A stretch of DNA of 2,555 nucleotides, taken from the IMG/VR virus record IMGVR_UViG_2623620506_000010; one strand, given 5' to 3'. A program made the position numbers and the translations under genes. Below, in pieces: positions 1 through 2,555 of the stretch. This stretch comes from a virus (taxonomy: Duplodnaviria; Heunggongvirae; Uroviricota; Caudoviricetes). The notes beneath the pieces were generated by a model that saw nothing but the letters and a program-made list of their open reading frames with translations, was not told where the DNA came from and did no database searches. How positions within the stretch are numbered: position 1 is the first letter of the stretch; the number at the start of each line of letters is the position of its first letter.

Positions 1-105
1 CAATGAGTCACGGGCTGCACGTTCAGCATGAGCGCCTGATGCACTTAAGCGAAAATAAAAACGCTCAAGTGCTTTGTTAATGAGAGTTTTATATTCTTTA
101 CCCAT
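1..105 (-). CDS. Hypothetical protein, N-terminal 35 codons only (runs off the window start); fourth gene of the cox early operon
   Basis: ATG at complement 103-105 is preceded on the - strand by AGGG (113-116) with a 7-nt spacer. Open frame to position 1 reads MGKEYKTLINKALERFYFRLSASGAHAERAARDSL. It starts 11 nt after the stop of the upstream ORF. Not in the supplied ORF track because it is truncated. No recognisable motif. Confidence 0.35.
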   Translation of the reverse strand, partial: MGKEYKTLINKALERFYFRLSASGAHAERAARDSL

Positions 106-116
106 CGCAACGCCCT

Positions 117-404
117 TTAATCTGCTTTCTGAATTTCAGTTTCTGAATCCATACAAATAATTTCGATATAGGGTTCATCGCCATTAGCCTGGCGTGCCTT
201 TTCAGCTTCACTAATGATTTCTCGTACGGTCTGGTACGGAAGTTCCACAAGCAGTCGCGTGCCGTTCAGATAAACGTAAGTGGCTTCGTTGACTCCGTTT
301 TTACCCGCCGGAGCCACTCCATCAATAGCGGATGCGCGTAATAACAGTTCACCGCGAAAATCAATAAAACGGATAAATACACCTTGTGCATGCTCTTTGG
401 TCAT
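117..404 (-). CDS. Hypothetical small acidic protein (95 aa), third gene of the cox early operon
   Basis: ORF from the six-frame track. ATG at complement 402-404 is preceded by AGGTG on the - strand. Only a 10-nt gap after the upstream ORF stop (415-417), consistent with operon packing. Net acidic (about 16 D/E vs 10 K/R), with an acidic C-terminal tail DSETEIQKAD. I recognise no family. Confidence 0.6.
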   Translation of the reverse strand: MTKEHAQGVFIRFIDFRGELLLRASAIDGVAPAGKNGVNEATYVYLNGTRLLVELPYQTVREIISEAEKARQANGDEPYIEIICMDSETEIQKAD

Positions 405-414
405 AAAGCACCTG

Positions 415-756
415 TTATAAATCAGTCTGTTTAATAAAACTTTGTCCGCGAATCAGACGATCAACCGTGCGTAGTGCTTCGTATAATGTGAAATCCTGCC
501 CGAACTGATTGTCGCCGCTGCTTAGTGCAAAAATGCGATTTCCGGTAAACGGATTGCGTGGGCATTTATGGACCACGATTCCAGCTTTCTCAATCAGCCA
601 GGCATGCTCGCCGATTTGTTTTACTGGGTGGCCATCCGGCGTTGCGTGTGTATCACTCAGGCTGTAGCGGATGTTGTTGCGTGATGCACTGGTAGCGAAA
701 CGGTTAGCGTGGCGTTCAGCACCATTACGAAAGCGTGAATTACGTTGCTGTTTCAT
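415..756 (-). CDS. Hypothetical small basic protein (113 aa), second gene of the cox early operon
   Basis: ORF from the six-frame track. ATG at complement 754-756 is preceded by GGAG (complement 764-767) with a 7-nt spacer. It starts 18 nt after the cox-like stop. Arg-rich N-terminus (MKQQRNSRFRNGAERHANRF...). I recognise no family. Confidence 0.6.
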   Translation of the reverse strand: MKQQRNSRFRNGAERHANRFATSASRNNIRYSLSDTHATPDGHPVKQIGEHAWLIEKAGIVVHKCPRNPFTGNRIFALSSGDNQFGQDFTLYEALRTVDRLIRGQSFIKQTDL

Positions 757-774
757 ATCAAAACTCCCTGCATC

Positions 775-1101
775 TCATGCAGCAAAATTAAGAAAGCCTA
801 ATCCCAAATCTTCCGCCAGCTTCTTGGCTTTCTTAAGCCAGTGATTGCGCCAATCTTTACGCTCAGGAGGAAGCTGTTTCGTTGCGTCATAGACCATTTC
901 GAGCCACTCATTCCAAAGGATGAGAAGACGGCGCGAACTCCCTTCCTCGCCTAAAACCTCGCGCTCAGTAGTTAGAGGGATGAGTCGACGCTCTACCAAC
1001 TTTCTTACGGCTGATTCGGTCTTACCTGTGCGGCGGGAAAACTCATCGACGGTGATGGGGTCTGGGATCTTAAACAATGCCCTCAATAGTTCTTCATTCA
1101 T
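775..1101 (-). CDS. cox: Cox/Apl-like HTH excisionase and early-promoter regulator (108 aa)
   Basis: Divergent from the C-type repressor across a 95-bp spacer, as in P2. Start chosen at ATG complement 1099-1101 (MNEELL...) because it has a strong SD AGGGAGA (complement 1109-1115) and a 7-nt spacer; the track ORF extends to 1170 but that start has no SD and would consume the switch region. The segment ITVDEFSRRTGKTESAVRKLVERRLIPL resembles the P2 Cox HTH region as I recall it (IPYQEFAKLIGKSTGAVRRMIDKGKLPVI), and a C-terminal W/L-rich region ends in DLGLG like P2 Cox ...WLGLG. Confidence 0.75.
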   Translation of the reverse strand: MNEELLRALFKIPDPITVDEFSRRTGKTESAVRKLVERRLIPLTTEREVLGEEGSSRRLLILWNEWLEMVYDATKQLPPERKDWRNHWLKKAKKLAEDLGLGFLNFAA

Positions 1102-1196
1102 GTGATAATCTCCCTGTTTGGGGTATTTCTTGCGACGGATGCCCCAAATCAAACTCATTTGTATAAACATTAATACAGACGTTGGAGAATTGCAAC
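1102..1196. promoter_or_regulatory. Lysis-lysogeny switch region: promoters and operators for the divergent C and cox transcripts
   Basis: The only noncoding DNA between the two divergent start codons, so both promoters must lie in or overlap this 95 bp. It contains both SD sequences (cox at complement 1109-1115, C at 1184-1188) and an AT-rich core at 1159-1177 with -10-like hexamers on both strands. Exact promoter positions are not determinable from sequence alone. Confidence 0.6.
1160..1177. promoter_or_regulatory. Candidate operator: imperfect inverted repeat TGTAT-N8-ATACA centred on palindromic ATTAAT
   Basis: Read directly: TGTAT at 1160-1164 and its reverse complement ATACA at 1173-1177, 8-bp spacer AAACATTA, with the palindrome ATTAAT at 1169-1174 near the centre. 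Lies in the AT-rich middle of the switch region. Only 5-bp arms, so chance is not excluded. Confidence 0.3.
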
Positions 1197-1499
1197 ATGC
1201 GTATGACTATTGGAGAGCGCATAAAAATCATGCGTGAAAGCGAGAGACTTACTAGCCTCCCGGATACAGCAAAAATGCTTGGTTTAAACCGTGATGCTCT
1301 GTGGAGATATGAAAGCGGTAAAACTATCCCTAATGCTGAAGTAATTGAGCAAATACTAAACAACCCCAGATTTGAGAAATATGCGTTGTGGTTTATGACT
1401 GGAAAAATTGCGCCTGAATCCGGGCAGATAGCTCCGGCTCTCGCACACTATGGGCAAGAACCAACGGATTTACCCCCATCCGAAAGGAAAATTGGTTAA
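1197..1499 (+). CDS. C: P2 C-type immunity repressor (100 aa)
   Basis: Start at ATG 1197 (MRMTIGER...) with SD GGAGA at 1184-1188 and an 8-nt spacer; the track ORF begins at an upstream TTG (1182) that I reject. Stop TAA at 1497-1499. The protein closely matches P2 C as I recall it, especially KYALWFMTGKIAPESGQIAPALAHYGQ vs P2 KYTLWFMTNQIAPESGQIAPALAHFGQ, and has the same ~99-aa size. Position immediately upstream of int on the same strand matches the P2 Pc operon. Confidence 0.9.
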   Translation: MRMTIGERIKIMRESERLTSLPDTAKMLGLNRDALWRYESGKTIPNAEVIEQILNNPRFEKYALWFMTGKIAPESGQIAPALAHYGQEPTDLPPSERKIG

Positions 1500-1565
1500 C
1501 CCTTTATTATTCTTACGTTTTACAAACTGGAAATGTCTTTCCTCGTTTCACCGGAGGGCTTGCCA

Positions 1566-2555
1566 ATGGCAATTAAAGCACTCGATGGTGGACGGTATAA
1601 AGTGGATGTTAGACCGCGTGGCCGAAGTGGACGTCGGATTCAGCGGATTTTTAAGAAAAAGGCAGATGCAGTGGCCTTTGAGCGCTATGTTCTCAGCCAC
1701 ATGCACGATAAGGAATGGCTTGAAAAGCCAACAGAGCAACGTCATCTCTCAGATCTGCTTCCGTTATGGTGGGAATTGGGTGGACGCAATAAGCCATATG
1801 CTAACGGCGTTCTAACCAGATTGAAAAAAATCATCAAAGAAATGAATGATCCAAGGGTTAGCCAGATTAATGCTCGTTTCATGGCAGCTTATCGAAGCTC
1901 CCGTTTATCCTTGGGAGTAAAAGAGTCTACTGTTCGGCGTGACGAGTCGGATCTCGGGGGAATGTTTACACTCCTGGCAAATGCCGGAGAATTTCACGGA
2001 GAAAATCCACTCCGCGCCCTCCCCTCTTTGAAACGAAAATCACCCGAAATGACGTACCTCACTACGGAAGAAATCGCCAAATTGCTGGATGCAGTAAGCG
2101 GTGATGCTCGGCGGATTACGCTACTTTGTCTCAGTACTGGGGCGAGATGGGGAGAAGCGAAAAATCTGCGCGCGGAACACATCATCAATAATCGCGTGAC
2201 GTTTAACAAAACTAAAAACGGAAAAGTTCGAATTATTCCTGTCTCTGATGAAGTTGTTAGTGAGATCAAAACAAAGAAATCCGGCCTTTTGTTTGACGTC
2301 AATTATGAGGAATATCGCAAGGTGCTTCGCAGTGTTAAGCCAGACCTACCAAAAGGACAGGCTGTACATGTTCTACGCCATACCTTTGCTGCTCACTTTA
2401 TGATTAATGGAGGAAATATACTTACGCTCCAGCGAATTATGGGGCACGCCACGATCCAGCAAACTATGACCTATGCGCACCTCGCTCCTGATTTCCTCCA
2501 GGACGCAATTTCACTTAATCCGTTAAAAGGAGGCATCCACATTTCATCCACATAA
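1566..2555 (+). CDS. int: P2-family tyrosine recombinase (phage integrase, 329 aa)
   Basis: Start at ATG 1566 (MAIKALDGGRYKVDVRPRG...) with SD GGAGG at 1553-1557 and an 8-nt spacer; the N-terminus matches P2 Int as I recall it (MAIKKLDDGRYEVDIRPTG...). Conserved tyrosine-recombinase catalytic residues in the expected order: Arg in TGARWGEA (codon 2145-2147), His-x-x-Arg in HVLRH (2367-2378), catalytic Tyr in TMTYAHL (2472-2474). Stop TAA at 2553-2555. Confidence 0.95.
   Translation: MAIKALDGGRYKVDVRPRGRSGRRIQRIFKKKADAVAFERYVLSHMHDKEWLEKPTEQRHLSDLLPLWWELGGRNKPYANGVLTRLKKIIKEMNDPRVSQINARFMAAYRSSRLSLGVKESTVRRDESDLGGMFTLLANAGEFHGENPLRALPSLKRKSPEMTYLTTEEIAKLLDAVSGDARRITLLCLSTGARWGEAKNLRAEHIINNRVTFNKTKNGKVRIIPVSDEVVSEIKTKKSGLLFDVNYEEYRKVLRSVKPDLPKGQAVHVLRHTFAAHFMINGGNILTLQRIMGHATIQQTMTYAHLAPDFLQDAISLNPLKGGIHISST

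Larger units (their letters stand above)
1..2555. mobile_element. Part of a P2-family temperate phage/prophage: integrase, C-type repressor, switch region, cox-like gene and start of the early operon
   Basis: Gene content and order (int and C on one strand, cox-like early operon divergent) match the P2 immunity region as I recall it. Int and C proteins resemble P2 Int and P2 C from memory. The window does not reach either prophage boundary, so the element extends beyond both ends. Confidence 0.8.

Noticed and set aside
125-148. Short direct repeat TTTCTGAAT (126-134 and 140-148) with the embedded palindrome CTGAATTTCAG
   Set aside because: Lies inside the 3-prime end of the 95-aa CDS and simply encodes the acidic tail (SETEIQ); too short to count as a regulatory repeat or a mobile-element terminus.
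920-1105. 61-aa + strand ORF (MRRRRELPSSPKTSR...)
   Set aside because: Lies entirely antisense to the cox-like CDS, has low-complexity Arg/Ser-rich composition and no convincing SD; typical shadow ORF.
1102-1170. Upstream extension of the cox-like ORF to the ATG at complement 1168-1170
   Set aside because: No SD before that ATG, and it would leave only 26 bp between divergent start codons with no room for promoters; the internal ATG at 1099-1101 has a strong AGGGAGA SD.
1182-1196. TTG start for the C repressor as given in the ORF track
   Set aside because: The TTG overlaps the GGAGA SD itself; ATG 1197 sits 8 nt downstream of that SD and gives a P2 C-like N-terminus and length.
1182-1216. 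7-bp direct repeat TTGGAGA at 1182-1188 and 1210-1216 flanking the C start codon, considered as possible direct-repeat operators
   Set aside because: The first copy is the SD of C and the second is coding sequence (IGER); a single 7-mer repeat in about 120 bp is well within chance expectation. Left as untested rather than called.
1094-1363. 89-aa - strand ORF overlapping the switch region and the C gene
   Set aside because: Antisense to the well-supported C repressor CDS and running through the intergenic switch; no SD; the C frame is supported by homology.
1533-1565. Upstream extension of the integrase ORF (MSFLVSPEGLP...)
   Set aside because: The ATG at 1566 has a GGAGG SD at ideal spacing and yields an N-terminus (MAIKALDGGRY) matching P2 Int as I recall it; the extension would place the SD inside the coding sequence.
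1450-1815. 121-aa + strand ORF spanning the C 3-prime end, the spacer and the int 5-prime end
   Set aside because: Out of frame with both flanking genes, both of which have strong independent support; no SD; most parsimoniously a chance open frame.
1548-2302. Two - strand ORFs (1548-1745, 65 aa; 1994-2302, 102 aa) inside the integrase gene
   Set aside because: Both are antisense to the integrase CDS, which carries intact catalytic motifs; no start-site signals; treated as shadow ORFs.
1-2555. Search for CRISPR repeats, tRNA/rRNA genes, IS element terminal inverted repeats or a recognisable defence-system gene
   Set aside because: No periodic repeat-spacer structure, no tRNA-like cloverleaf candidates noticed, no transposase-like ORF; all sizeable ORFs are accounted for by the P2-type lysogeny module and small early-operon genes.

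Overview
This window reads as the lysogeny/immunity end of a P2-family (Peduovirus-like) temperate phage or prophage, probably from an enterobacterial-type host. On the + strand, a ~100-aa P2 C-type immunity repressor (1197-1499) is followed by a P2-type tyrosine integrase (1566-2555; its stop codon is the last three bases of the window). Divergently on the - strand, a Cox/Apl-like HTH excisionase-regulator (1101-775) heads a tightly packed early operon of small ORFs (756-415, 404-117, and a truncated ORF starting at 105). The 95-bp C/cox intergenic region (1102-1196) must hold the lysis-lysogeny switch promoters and operators. I see no recognisable defence system, CRISPR array, tRNA or IS element. 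The only genuinely unknown content is the three small early-operon ORFs downstream of cox, which I cannot assign a function to from sequence alone. The C and Int calls rest on my recollection of P2 protein sequences and on conserved catalytic motifs, not on a database search.
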